A stretch of 64,000 nt of DNA from Lama glama (Eukaryota), in NCBI GenBank assembly GCA_028534125.1, contig CM052816.1, positions 25,732,001 through 25,796,000 on the forward strand, in the 5' to 3' direction. The position numbers were made by a program, and so were the translations under genes. The notes under the pieces were generated by a model. That model was not told the DNA's origin, did no database searches, and saw only the letters and a list, made by a program, of their open reading frames with translations. Positions 37,660 to 50,200 of this stretch are shown one piece after another. The stretch's first letter is position 1. Every line of letters begins with the position of its first letter.

Positions 37660-38225
37660 GAAAGAAAGGAGCATCTCTTGATCTGGTTACTTCACTTTTA
37701 TTAATGCAAGCTAAGATTGAATTTCTTGGCTCATCTGGAAGTTTGAGGTAACTAAAATTCCTAGGGTTTTCTCCTACGAACTACTGTTGGTCCAAATCAT
37801 AGTGTTCTCCCCTCCCAAAGTTGTCACCAAAAATAATTTTTAAAATACTGTAAACGTAAAGTGTGCTGCCCTTGCTCAGTTTTATCTTCGGTTTCTGGCT
37901 CATCATTCTAATTTGTCTAGATTGTTCTGAGTCTCCATTGCGTCATCAAATACATTGGCTTGCCTTCTCAGTTTTGTACCACATTCAGCTTTGATAAGCA
38001 CACTTCCTCTGTCTTCAGCAAAGTAGATAAGGATGTTGGGCAGGGAAGCCCTCATCTGGAGACCTGCCACCGCTGTTCCATTAGAACTCTTCCTCTAAAT
38101 GTAACCAGCCACACACCCACGCAACTCTCCTATTCTCCAGTTTTCATTTCTCTGTCCTTTCTGAGCATGTCATTGGCATGTTATCATATGTCTTGCTGAA
38201 ATTAAGATATCAAATGTTTCTAGCA
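37660..38225 (-). mobile_element. L3/CR1 LINE remnant
   Basis: CTTTTATTAATGCAAGCTAAGATTG...CTTCTCAGTTTTGTACCACATTCAGCTTTGATAAGCA...TCTTGCTGAAATTAAGAT. Confidence 0.55.
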
Positions 38226-38234
38226 TTCCCTTTT

Positions 38235-38826
38235 TAAATTTACGTATGCTTTTATTTTACAATACCATATTTTAAAAATTGAAGTATAGTTGATATACAG
38301 TATTACATGTTATAGGTATATAATATAGTAATTCACACTTTTTAAAGGTTATACTCCATTTATATTATAAAATATAATATAAAGTAAAATATTATAAACT
38401 AAAATAAAATTTATAAAATCCCCCATGTTGTACAGTATATCCTTGTAGTTTATTTTAACCTGATAGTTTGTACCTCTTAATCCTCCAATTCCATCTTGCC
38501 CCTCCCCCTTCCCTCTCCCTGCTGGTAACCACTTCTCTACATCTATGAGTCTGTTTCTTTTCTGCTGTATTCACTAGTTTGTTGTATTTTTTTAGATTCC
38601 ACATATAAGTGACATCTTACAGTATTTGTCTTTCTCTCTCTGATGTATTTCATTCAGCATAATGCCCTCCAAGTCCATCCATGCTGTATACCAGAAACTA
38701 ATACATTTTTAATCAACTGTACTTTAATTAAAAAGCAAACAACCAACCAACCAACCCATTTAAAATATGGTCAGAAGAACTGAACAGACGTTTTTCCAGA
38801 AATGGAGATGCAGATGGGCAACAGCC
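38235..38826 (-). mobile_element. Composite L1: minus-strand 3' end, short plus-strand 3' end and inverted ORF2 piece
   Basis: Minus 3'UTR at 38270-38685; plus GCTGTATACCAGAAACTAATAC...TCAACTGTACTTTAATTAAAAA at 38684-38734; plus ORF2-like CCCATTTAAAATATGGTCAGAAGAACTGAACAGACGTTTTTCC at 38755-38825. Confidence 0.75.
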
Positions 38827-39145
38827 ATCCCTTCCCTTTTATACATACCTATTTAACCAATCCCTTTTTTAAAAATAATAAGATGTTAGTTAGTCATGGC
38901 TTGTTTTCATCTTCTTGTTGACTGACCTGCATGCAACTTACCTGCCACTGGATACTCTTTCTTTAGCTTACCTCTTAGAAAGAGGATGTTTCCGGGGGAA
39001 GACATCCCTGATTCAACTGACGTTCCGTCCTTCTACTGGGACTCCTCCTATTATCTCCTTACGTCTTTGCAGACTGCCACCATCGCCTCTCTTCTGTAAA
39101 GTCAGTCTCCCATCTTCATTGGATCATAGCCATTACCACTGCAGT

Positions 39146-39333
39146 ACTGGTTCTTCAACCTGATTTCATGTCAGACTTGTCCAAAGAGCTTATTAAAACA
39201 TAGATTGCTGTGTCTCACCCCCAGAATTTCTCCTTCAACAGGTCTGGCTTGGGAGCCAGTAATTTGCATATCTAACAGGTTCCCACTGGCACTGATGCTG
39301 CTGGCCTGGGGACCATATTTTGAGAACCTCCAA
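39146..39333. mobile_element. MER5A-like MITE
   Basis: GCTTATTAAAACATAGATTGCTG...CCCCAGAATTTCT...AGGTCTGG...AATTTGCATATCTAACAGGTTCCCA...TGATGCTGCTGGCCTGGGGACCATATTTTGAGAACC. Confidence 0.85.
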
Positions 39334-39519
39334 CCTAGTATATATCCCATCTCATTAAAAAAAAAAAAAACTTTCCTTGGACTTTATAAACACCTCCAAA
39401 AATGAGGCTCCCATTCCCTCTTCCCTTTTCATAGCCAAACTTCCTCAGAATATTACCGACTCTCACCATCTCCATTTTCTCATCTCCTGTTCACTCTGAC
39501 ACCAGGGAAACACAGACAT

Positions 39520-39892
39520 GTAATATGATGAGCCAAGAAATGTGGATGATCTTTCGAAGCAAAGAATGGCAAGCAGATTTTCCCCTATGCCCTCTAGAAA
39601 GGGACACAGTGCTGTTGACACTTGGATTGTAAACCACTGAGACTTGTGGCAGACTTCTGACCTAAAGAACTATAGGGTAATAAATTTGTGTTGTTTTAAA
39701 TTCTTTTGGGTGGGGAGGTAATTATATTGGTTGGTTTGTTTATTTTTAGCAGAGGTACTGGAGCTTGAACCCAGGACCTCGTGCATACTAAGCACGCACT
39801 CCACCACTGAGCTATAGTCTCCTCCCAAGTTTGTGTTGTTTTAAGATGGTAAGTTTGTGGTCATTTGTTACACTGGCAAGAAAATTAATACA
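39520..39892 (+). mobile_element. MLT1D/E-like LTR 3' half (hosts a SINE)
   Basis: GAGCCAAGAAATGTGGATG...CAGATTTTCCCCTA...GACTTCTGACCT...AAATTTGTGTTGTTTTAA...AAGTTTGTGGTCATTTGTTAC...AATTAATACA. Confidence 0.75.
39700..39827 (-). mobile_element. tRNA-derived SINE, camelid Vic-1-like
   Basis: Reverse of GGGAGGAGACTATAGCTCAGTGGTGGAGTGCGTGCTTAGTATGCACGAGGTCCTGGGTTCAAG (A and B boxes). Perfect 15-bp TSD TTTGTGTTGTTTTAA at 39685-39699 and 39830-39844. Confidence 0.9.
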
Positions 39893-39894
39893 AG

Positions 39895-40712
39895 CCTCAT
39901 CTCCAGAAGTAACACCAACATCTACCCAGTTGCCCAAGCTAAAACCTTACAAGTCATCCCTGATGCTTTGCTTCCCTTTTATCTACCTTCTACCCACCTA
40001 ATCTAGCAACAGGGTCTGACAGGTTTACCTGCAAAAGAGATCTTGAATCTGTCCATTTCTCTCCACCTTTTCTGTCAACACTGGAGTCCAGACCGTCATC
40101 ATCTTGTATCTGGACCACGACAGCAGCCTGCTAAGTGGTCTGTTTGTTTCTGTCCTGGTCCCTTTCTAACTGATTCTTAACTTGTTAGTGATAATGATCT
40201 TTTGATAAATGCCCATCACTTCTTTGCTTCAACTTCTTCAATGTCTTCCCATCACAGTTGAGGAAAATCCAAGTTTCTGAACATGGTCTACAAGGTCCTT
40301 CATGACCTGGCTCCTGCTTGCTGCTCTGATTTCACTTTATACATTGACTCCAGCTCACTTTGTCCACCACATTGGCATCATTTCTGTTTCTGTAACATGA
40401 CAAACTCACTCCTTTGATTCTCTTCCCTTGTATGGCTTCTTGTTTTTCATGTCTGACCTCAAATATTACCTCCCTGGAAAGGCCTTCATTGACCCCTCCA
40501 GGTGAAGCATGCCACACCACTGTCATCCTCATTCTTTGTCAGATAACCCTGTTTGTAATTAGTGAATTTGTTTACTTTGTTTTCTTTATTCTCCCAACTA
40601 GAATGTAAGCTCCATGAGGCTGGCATGGCTGATTCGGTGTCACACCCCCAGGCACTACCACACTGCCAGACTGGTGGTAAACAGATGCTCCTCAATGCAG
40701 GAATGAATGAAG
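39895..40712 (+). mobile_element. L2 LINE 3' region
   Basis: CATCTACCCAGTTGCCCAAGCTAAAACCT...GTCATCCCTGA...ACTAGAATGTAAGCTCCATGAGG...GAATGAATGAA terminus. More upstream L2 scraps lie at about 38990-39500. Confidence 0.85.
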
Positions 40713-40747
40713 GAGTGGAGTGAGTGAGTGAATACTGTGATCACAGG

Positions 40748-41240
40748 GTTTTTTTTCCATTGAGGTGAAATGTACAAAACATAAAATTGACAATTTAAAG
40801 TGAATAATTTAGGGGCATTTAGTACATTCACAATGTTGCTCAACCACCATCTCTTAACTAGTTATGAAACATTTTCATCACTCCAAAATAAAACCCTTTA
40901 CCCAATGAACAGTTATATCCCATTCTCCACTCGGTACAAAGGCCAGTTTGCTTTCTGTGTCTGTGGATTTGCCTATTCTGAATATTTCATACAGATGGAG
41001 TCATACATGGATGGATATATTATATGTCCTTTTGTGTCTAGCCTCTTCAGCTAGGATGGTTGCAAGTTTCATCCACACTGTAACACGTATCAGTACTTTG
41101 TTCTTTACGATAGCTGAATAATATTCCTCTGTGTGTGTGTGTGTGTGTATTTGTTTATCCAGTCATCTGCTGATGGACATTTGGGCTATTTCCACTTTTT
41201 GGCTATTGTGAATAGTGCTGCTATGAACATTTGTGCATAT
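40748..41240 (-). mobile_element. L1MB-like 3' end with an internal (TG)n
   Basis: ATTGAGGTGAAAT...CATTTAGTACATTCACAATGTTG...TGATGGACATTTGGGCTATTTCCACTTTTTGGCTATTGTGAATAGTGCTGCTATGAACATTTGTG. Confidence 0.85.
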
Positions 41241-41449
41241 TTGGAATGTAGGCAGTGATTTCTAGAGCATAAGCCTCATTCAATCCTTGCCTGTTTCTGA
41301 TTTCCTCTGTATCTCTCATGCCCCAGGATTTTGCAGTCAATGAGAGTAGCTTAATGATCATATCTGCTTAATTATCATAGAATTCTTAATCAGGTTGTTT
41401 GTTCTGTGGATTAATACAGCGGGTTCCAAATTTAATAGGGCTGGAGACA

Positions 41450-43400
41450 GAACGAGGGGTAGGCTGAAAGAGATTAAGCAGAAGAGTGGTAGGTGTAGTT
41501 AAAATTATGACTTTTTAAAAACATGCACATTACAAGATAATCAACTTACTCATCCAGTGATAAACTTTATGTTTCCCTCAGAAATGTTAGTAGCTACCAA
41601 TGCTTTCTGAATTAGGTACTTAGAATCCCTTGGTAGTCCATTCATTGCCATTTCCAGTGTTAAAAAGTTTTAATCCACAATTAGACATATATTAAGCCAT
41701 TAAAATATCATTGCATTTTAATGATTTGAATCTATGAAAATATGTAAATTAGTAATGGCTTATTAAACTTTACAGTTTCGGGTGATTGTACAAAAAGAAC
41801 TGTACATATAAAATGGTAGAGGGGAAAAAGCCTTTTGTGTATTTTATTACATCATCCTTCAGCGAGGATGACAACAATGAAAACGTGCGTGCAATTCCCC
41901 ATTTAAGAAAAATAAACATATTCAGCTATTCTGAACAGAAACGATTTCCATGAAAGCCGAGTCCACACAGTCATTTGGGGTCTAAGCATGTTATCTTGAT
42001 CCCTGGCACTCTGTTTTGTGCTTTGGAAAGTGCTACTCAATTCAAAACAGAAATTTGGAAAAGGCGTCCTCCCTGGAGCCCTCTGAGAGCCTGTAGTTAC
42101 GGTGGTTACTTAAATATTATTTCCATAGCTACGCTGGCTTCTAGCCACAGCTGAAATGCATGTCAACGAGCTTGGTGTGAAAATGGGCAGGGAGGGGGAA
42201 AAAAAGAGGAGACAGAGGACACTAATTTTCGTTCTTCGGAGTAGGAGGTATAATGTCTTTATAAAGTAATAATTAAAAGAAAAACAATTACTGGAGCCTT
42301 ATCTGGACCGTGCAGCTGTACTTCCTCCTTTTGCATTAGCAGTGTTTCTAAGGTTATGACAAACCATGAAAATTGCATCTTTAGAGGAGTTTTATTCCTT
42401 TTCCTATGATTTGATTGAAACAGACAGCTACATTTTGTGTATATATAATTAGGCAGTAAAATAGGCTTTGAAGGCAGGGTTCCATTTAGTATGTGAGTCA
42501 CACGCACAACTGCCTTTCATTCACCAGCCAAAGACTGATCTTTTTAATGCTTCAACTCGCTCAACGTGTTTTCTGAATGCTACATCTTCCACGGAGAGGG
42601 GGGAAAAAAGGAAAGAAAATAAGTCAGCTTTTCGCCCATATTTCTTGCTTTTTTTCATCTTCTTTCCAAAGGGAAAGCAGTCTGCAAAGCCAATCTAGGA
42701 AGTCTTTGGTGATTTAACCTTCTGACAAACTGATTTTTATCGTCCCCCTTCCAGATTGTCGTCGGGCACAAGTGAATGCTGCACCCGTTCCTGGCGTATC
42801 TAATCCCTCTCATAAAAGGCCATTGTGGCAGTAAAACTGAGACCAATGGCTTTTTCATTCTCCACCTCTCAGCTCCCCAAAGTAATGGCGCTGGGTCTCC
42901 TCATCGTGTTTTTCTTTTCAGATGCATAGTTTCTCCCTTTAACATGGTTAAAAAAAAAAAAAAGGGTAGGGGGCAGGGGAGGGAGGATGGAGGGAGGAGA
43001 AGGAATCCAATCCCATTTTATTAGTGCCATCCTTGTATGTGGTTACTAAGTGATTTCCCCCACCCCCGAACTTGAATTAGGAAGAGCATTTGAGATAACA
43101 GCCTGTTTTTATGAAAGAGATTTTCCTCTGAGATTTTGAGTATGATGAGAACAAGCCTGGGTGTATTTTTTTTTCTTGTCATAAAAATCAGGGCTATCAA
43201 CTGTGCATCCTTATGCCTTATCTGATTAAAAAGCAGTCGCCTATTAATCTCCATCCTTTCATCTCACTGTGTACCATTTGCTCTTTCCTGTCCCATTCTG
43301 GCAAACCCAAAGATGGAGAGAAATAATATCAAGCTACTTGGCTGATTTATGTAAGTGATAGTTTGTGTTTGTAGCCTGCCTTTCATCTGAAGACCTCAAA
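41450..43400. promoter_or_regulatory. Repeat-free candidate enhancer block
   Basis: About 2 kb without recognisable transposons. AP-1 TGAGTCA (42494), GATA-type TTATCT sites, E-boxes CAGCTG and scattered retained CpGs. Confidence 0.35.
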
Positions 43401-44178
43401 GAGTTTTAGGAACATTATTACATTGACAGGGTCCAACTCCAACATAAAGGGCACAGAACGGCCATAGTCATGCAAATCTGTTTCTAGAGTGATTAGTACC
43501 CTGGTAACCAAGAGAGATGAACTAGTTTCTCATTTTTGATGTGAAATTCGATGTCCAGGCAAGAATTTCAGTTTCCAGTTCAGCTCCCCACAGCCCCTCA
43601 CGGGATAAACCACTCAGTATTCAATTTACCTCCTGGGATGTCCCCCTGGGGAGTCTACTCCCCAAGATGAAGGGCTTTACATGACAGGCAGGTGTATATA
43701 TTTCTTCAATTGGCCTAATCTAATAAAGCTGGACATGATTTATATGTGCAAAATGTTGCCATGCTAAATAATTCAGAATGAAACTGCCTTTTCTGGTTGT
43801 GCTACAAATAGATGTCAATCTGCATTTGATGGTGCCTGTATCCCACAGGGACTTTGGACCTACTGAAAGGAAATACATTCCTTGTGCTGGTTCTGAGGGA
43901 AACATTGGGGACAGTTCCCCTAACTAAGCCTATGCGTCCAAATCAGATGAAAGCTTTCAAAGTGGACTCTTCTTGCTGGTTCTGTTTCTGTGAGTAGGAG
44001 GAGCAGCTTCCATTGAAGACTGTGGCACCTGTCAGGGTTTCCCTGCAAATCTGATACAGAGACTTCTTACTGTAGGAGATGTTTATGTACGTGGTCAAGA
44101 CCCTGTTGGAACAATCAGTTTCTCTTCCTAGCAGTCCCTGCTTTTTGCTGACTTTATTCCTCTTTACAGTTCTCCCTT

Positions 44179-44890
44179 TTTTAAAAAAAATTTTAACTGA
44201 AGTATAGTCTATTTACAATGTTGTGTTAGTTTCTGGTATACAGCATAGTGATTCAGTTATATGTGTGTGTGTGTGTGTGTGTGTATTCCTTTTCATATTC
44301 TTTTTATTATAGGTTATTACAGGATATTAAATATAGTTCCCTGTGCTATACAGTAGGACCTTGTTCTTTGTTTTACGAAAGTAGTTTGTATCTGCAGATC
44401 TCAAACTCCCAATTTATCCCTCCCCTCTTCCCCCACTGGTGACCATACGTTTGTTTTCTATGTCTGTGAGTCTGTCTCTGTTTTGTAAATAAGTTCATTT
44501 ATGTCATTTTAGATTTCACATATAAGTGATATCATATGGTATTTTTCTTTCTCTTTCTGGCTTACTTCACTTAGAATGATGATCTCCAGATCTATCCATG
44601 TTGCTGCAAATGGCATTATTTCGTTCTTTTTATGGCTGAATAATATTCCATCATATATATATATGTATATGTATACACACACACACACACATATGTATGT
44701 GTGTATATATATATATATACCACATCTTCTTTTTCCAGTTATCTGTTGATAGACATGTAGGTTGTTTCCATATCTTGGCTCTTGTAAATAGTGCTGCTAT
44801 GAACATTGGGGTGCATGTGCCTTTTTGAATTAGAGTTTCCTCTGGATATATGCCCAAGAGTGGGATTGTTGAATCATATGGTAACTCTTA
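44179..44890 (-). mobile_element. Lineage-specific L1, about 710 bp (ORF2 C-terminus and 3'UTR)
   Basis: ORF 44651-44857 (GIYPEETLIQKGTCTPMFIAALFTRAKIWKQP) is the L1 ORF2p C-terminus. Candidate TSD TTCTCCCTT at 44170-44178 and 44894-44902. Contains (TG)n and (TA)/(CA) microsatellites. Confidence 0.92.
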
Positions 44891-46014
44891 GAATTCTCCC
44901 TTCTTTCTACCTCACAATTTCTCTCCCCACCTCCATCTTATTCCCCTAAACTGTGGATTTTTTAAAGAATTTCTTTTCATGAAAACAGTATCTTGAGCCA
45001 TATTTTTATTGTGGCTTTTCTCAAATAAAGTCATAAAGTTTGCATTCATTATTTGCTTTTAACCATATAGACACATGGATCTATGTGGTTAGAGCTCCAC
45101 ATTTCTATAGCTTTATGCTTCTGAAGAACTTCAGCGATGGTTTGCTTTTACATGATAAAGCATCACATGCATTATTTCCCAGTTGGAGCCTCTTGATTTA
45201 TGAAAATGAAATGGCAACATTATGAAAATGATCCAGATAGCCTTTAGAATTTGTTGGACCCACTTCTGCTCTTTCATTGGAATGGATCATTCAACACATC
45301 TGCCTTTATTTATGGCTGTCCATGAACTTCATTTCGTCTCCTAACCCAACACCACCAGCGTTATCCATCTTGCCCATTTCTGGAATCCCAGATTTTTAAC
45401 CCAGCCACCACCATGAGTCAGTCTCTACTTTGGACTTAAAAAATGGTTTCAAAGATAGCTCTGAGTAACTGAAATATTAGAACAGTCATGCTGCTACCTC
45501 AAATGTGTGGTCTTGGGCAAAACCTATATAAGCTGAGTTGCAGTGTTTTCAGCTGCAAAATTAAGGGAGTTGGAGTAGAATATTCTGTAAGGTGTTTTCC
45601 GGCTAAAAAGATTTGATTTTAATTATGTAATATATTCTTTACTTCCATACTTGCTCAGGTTAGATTTTCAAATAATTTCTACTATAGCAAAACATTCAAC
45701 CTCACTATTATTTTATCAAATATTAAACTAACTGATCCAGATTGAACATTTGCTATTACATTCTCATTGCAACATCTCCTATAGCTATCAGTTTCTAATA
45801 TCAGTTTCTGACATACTTTTAGGCTGATATGTATAGAACTGATTTGACTCGTCTGTCAATTCGTACTGGAAATGCAATTTCAGTATATAATGTTAGTACA
45901 TTTATTATACCTGTTTGTATGACCCATAGCAGTCAAGATGGGGTATCATCCAACTACAGGCTTACTTGATAGTTTCACTAGTCAACATATAAAATGAAAA
46001 TGCATTGCTTTTAT

Positions 46015-46235
46015 AGCTGGCTTTATGTTTTCAAAGTACATTCATACATATTAACTCCTATGACCCTCACAAACTAATGAGGTAAGTAGAGCAAGCCTCA
46101 TTGTCCCAATTTATAACAAGAAAAACTAGGGCACAGCAGAAAACTTAAGTGGCTTGCCCTAGGCACCACAGTTGATTAGTGACATCTAGGACAAGAACGC
46201 GGGGTTCTAACACTGAATTCAGGGTTCTTTCCACG
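46015..46235 (-). mobile_element. MIR
   Basis: ACCCTCACAAAC...GAGGTAAGTAG...CCCAATTTATA...GAAAAACTAGGGCACAG...TTAAGTGGCTTGCCCTAGG. Confidence 0.7.
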
Positions 46236-46368
46236 GTGCCTGTCCCCATTCACAGCCAGCTTGTTTATCTCACTAAGTGCTAATCATCAAACCCTCTGCT
46301 GCTGTAAGGGATCTCTCCTACCCACTAACCACATCGCTTTATTTGTGCAGAATTAGTCAAGGAATTAT

Positions 46369-46376
46369 TATATAAA

Positions 46377-46413
<37 letters not shown>

Positions 46414-46455
46414 TACACACACACACATAGATATACACACATATATATTTATATT
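46369..46455. repeat. (TA)n/(CA)n compound microsatellite
   Basis: Long TA run followed by CA runs, seen directly. Confidence 0.9.
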
Positions 46456-47319
46456 CATGTGAAAAGCTGATACAGGTTATTTCCAGTTTTCCATTTTAGA
46501 TGTGATGTGTTGCTGGAGATAATAAAAATTCTTGCTGTGCTTGGCTTTATTGCCCTATTAACTCCTCTGGTCTGGATCTTAGTATGGAAATCATCTCATA
46601 ATCAGCTAAAAATAATAAGCAAATGCTAGGATTCTTGTGAAGAGTGGGTAGCATGACCGATAAGGGAAGCAGAGAAAAATACTTAACATTTGAACTGTGA
46701 AGTTCATTCTGTTTACAACCCTGAATGAACTGTTAGGTGAGATGTTTACTCTCGCCGACTTCCACTCACCTTCAGTTTTATTACTGTAACACCAAGGGGC
46801 CTTGATATTCATCTCTTTCATCTTCAAAAAGCCTAGATGTTTTAAAATGTTGTCCCATCTTCAATCTTCCATCACTCACCCCTTTCACACTAGTGGATCC
46901 TTCCATTGCTTTTGGTTTGCAGATTTTATAAAATCAGATTTCATTTGTTTCCTGCTACCTGTTGACTACCTGTCTAGTCACAGCTTAAACCCTGTAAAAG
47001 AAACATAAAAAGAGTAGAAAGTACCATTTGTCCCCTTGAAGTATTGAAAGACAAGGTATATTAAAGAAGGAACTAGAGAAAAAATATATGACAACCTACA
47101 GAAAACTGGACCATGTAATACACAGTGCAAAGAAATAATGAAATCAGAGAAGTCACACATTATTTGAACTAGAAACCATGGTGGGTTTAGACTCACTTTT
47201 TAACCTTGGAAGAATTGTATGATTTGGATTATGGAAACCAGTGAAAGGAATAGTGCATTATAGGTACAGTCATATGATGTTGGTTTTAGGAAGATAGCAC
47301 AGAATCACAAAAAAGTAGG

Positions 47320-47710
47320 GAGGAGGGGCTTTGGACTCTAGACCTGGTTCAGATTCAAGTTTGGTGTCTTCCTAGCTGCAATAATAGGAGTTGCCATTTG
47401 AATGCCTATTTCGTACCAAGTATTATGTTACACTCATTATTTCATTTAATCCTCCAAATAACTTTGCCAGAGTTAGGATGCCTGACATGTAGTAAGAGCT
47501 CAATAAATGTTTGTTAAATTATTTAATACTAGAAGATGGTCCTTATTTTGTTTACAAGGAAACCAAGGCTCAGAGAACTTATATTACTTGCACAAGATCA
47601 CACAGCTAACAGAGTTACTTTTCTGGGTTGGTTATGGGTTAAATGAAATACTCTGGCTAAAGGTTTAGTACAGTGCCTGGCACACAGAGAGCACTTAAAT
47701 AAATACTAGG
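47320..47710. mobile_element. Nested MIR/L2 fragments
   Basis: GGCTTTGGACTCTAGACCTGG (MIR +), TCATTTAATCCTC...GGAAACCAAGGCTCAGAGA (MIR -), TGCCTGACATGTAGTAAGAGCTCAATAAATGTTTGTT (L2 tail). Confidence 0.65.
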
Positions 47711-48121
47711 ACAGAAAGTCTCACAGAAGTAAACTGATATGGGATGAAAAAGGAACAATAAGGAGAGCAGTAACATAACTATTTTTGGATTTCCAGCAGT
47801 TTAAGGCAATGTGTTCAGAGTTGATAGAACTTCAAATGACCCATGTAAAGCAAATATTTGATGAGATGTTTGCTTTCATGCTCACCATGGCCACTGTTAC
47901 TTAGTTTTTTTCTGTCTAATGATTTGAATCCTAAGCATGAAAGAGACAACTAAATAACTCTTCCTGGAATAACCTTTATTTTCCGTATTTAACAATGGTT
48001 TAAGAATATTTTCAATAGGGGTACAAAATGTTGTTTGATACTCCCGACTCATATAATACCTTAATAACTCTTTGAAGTGTTGAAATCAAACCATAAGCTT
48101 TTTGAAAATGACCTAAATATC

Positions 48122-48488
48122 CATAGTTAGTCTGTTCAGGCTTCCATAACAAAATATCACAGACTGGGTGGTTTGTAAACAAGAGAAATTTATATTCCAC
48201 AGTCCTGGAGACGAGTAGTCCAAGATCAAGGTGCCAACAGTGGTGAGAGCCCACTTCCTCACTGAAGCACTTCCACCATGGTGGCTGTCCTTACTTAACT
48301 GACCTGGCGGAAGGGCGAGCTGGCTCTCCAGGATTTCTTTTACGAGGGCACTAATCCCATTCATGAGGGCTCCAGCCTTATGACCTAATCACCTCCCATA
48401 GACCCCAGCTCCAAAACAGTCACATTGGGCATTAGGATTTCAGCGTATGAATCTGGCTGGGGGAGGACATAAATATCAGTCCATGGAA
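48122..48488 (-). mobile_element. MLT1A-like MaLR LTR
   Basis: TTAGTCTGTTCAGGCTTCCATAACAAAATATCACAGACTGGGTGG...AAGATCAAGGTGCC...GGCACTAATCCCATTCATGAGGGCTCC...ATGACCTAATCACCTCCCA. Confidence 0.88.
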
Positions 48489-48494
48489 TCCGTC

Positions 48495-48900
48495 AACTGG
48501 AGATGACATAATAAATTACAGTGTTTCCATCCAAAAGATATTATGCAGCCATAAAAAGAATGAGATAATTTATATGTAGTGACATAAGATATTTATCATT
48601 TATTCTTTTTTTAATCATTTATTCTTAAATGAAAAAGTAGTTGCAGAAAAATTGAAATAGTGCAATTCCAGGTTTGGCAAGGACAAAACTGCATATCATG
48701 TACATGCTTGTAAGTGCATAGGAAAAAGTTATGGAAAGGTACCTAGTAAACTACGGGGAGAAATTTCTCCCAGAGCAGGGAGTCTGGTAGAGTGACAGGA
48801 AGCTTATGCCTTTTTACTTTATATACATTATGTATTGTATCCTCTTTTTTTAAAGCTATTTAAGACGAGCATGATTATTTTTATTTCTTCAATTTAAAAC
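48495..48900 (+). mobile_element. Old L1ME-like 3' fragment
   Basis: TATTATGCAGCCATAAAAAGAATGAG...AAATGAAAAAGTAGTTGCAGAA...TTTTTACTTTATATAC. Confidence 0.55.
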
Positions 48901-49863
48901 TCAACAGGGATTATACCAAGATAGTGGCCTAAATACACTATATAACTCCCCTTACACCCTAAATTCCATTGAAATGATAGAAAATCGCCTTATTTACAAG
49001 GGCTGCAAAACAACATGGGTTGCATGAGAGGACCATAGAGTTTGAGAAATTCCTGAAAGCTAGAAATCAGTGGCAAGAAGAAAGCTACTGCAGAGGTGGA
49101 AGCAGTAATCCCATCAATGACCTGCCAGGTTAAAGGTCCTGCGGAGTCCCAGCATGAGCCTCAGGGCACCTGAAGAACCACTTTGGAAAAAGCTGCACGA
49201 ACAGGGTGCAACTCCTTGCTCCTTTGCCACATCAATGAACCGCAGGAAACAAAGGCTGTGTCCTTTCAGATTATTACCCTCATTGCTTCTGAAACAAAAC
49301 AAGAAACTGAAGTGAAGCCCTCTAGCATGTGAGTCCACGTCAGAGAGGAAGCCCTGCGTAACACAAGGTCTGCTGAGTTGGGGGTTTGGGGGTGGGGTGT
49401 ATGCGGGCTTCAACAGTGGGCCTTTCCTTTTATGTAGTACTTGCTACTAGAATAAAATCTTGGAATCTAAAAAACTAAAATAATATAAAAAAGAATAAAA
49501 CCTTGAAGAGGGGTCCCTGAAGTGGGTGTTCTTATAGGTGTGCCCCCGAGACAGCACCTCAGGTAGCTTACAAATGCCAAGAGGAGCTTTCAGCCCAGAG
49601 GAGAAGCCAGGAGTATATTCTTCCTTCCCAGAGGGCGAGATTGCACCAGATATTTGAAGGAAAACATTTTGAAAAAGAGGCCTTGAATTCAGGAAACAGA
49701 AGAATGAAATCCTGAGGGAAAAGTCTCAAATAATAGAATTGTGTGTTTAAACTAGAAAAAAAAAATTAGTATTGTGAAAAATTCAAGAGCATATTCGTGA
49801 AAGAATAGGCTGATATGAAAAAGGAACATTAAAATTTTCAGAAGTGAAAATTAGGATTATTGA

Positions 49864-50076
49864 AGGGGGAGGGACAAAGTAGTGACAATTTAGGGATTAA
49901 CAGATACAGACTACTATATATAAAATAGATAAGCAACAAGGATGTACTGTGTAGTACAGGGAATTATAGCTGTTAGCTTGTTATAACATAATGGAGTATA
50001 ATCTGCAGAAATACCAAATCACTGCTGTACACCTGAAATTAATAACATATTTTAAACCAACTGTACTTCAATAAAA
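49864..50076 (+). mobile_element. Lineage-specific L1 3' end
   Basis: GGGATTAACAGATACAGACTACTATATATAAAATAGATAAGCAACAAGG...GCTGTACACCTGAAA...CAACTGTACTTCAATAAAA. TSD TTA(G/T)GATTATTGA at 49851-49863 and 50079-50091. Confidence 0.88.
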
Positions 50077-50200
50077 TGTTATGATTATTGAGATAAAAAT
50101 CCTCGATCAGAGAAGTAGTAGAATGGATATGATATAATCCAATCAAGGGGCAGAGACATTGATTCCAGTATCTCTACCAGAATGCAGGACAAAAGGACAG

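Noticed and set aside
44651..44857. 68-aa ORF as a host CDS
   Set aside because: It is the L1 ORF2p C-terminus running into a microsatellite within a truncated L1.
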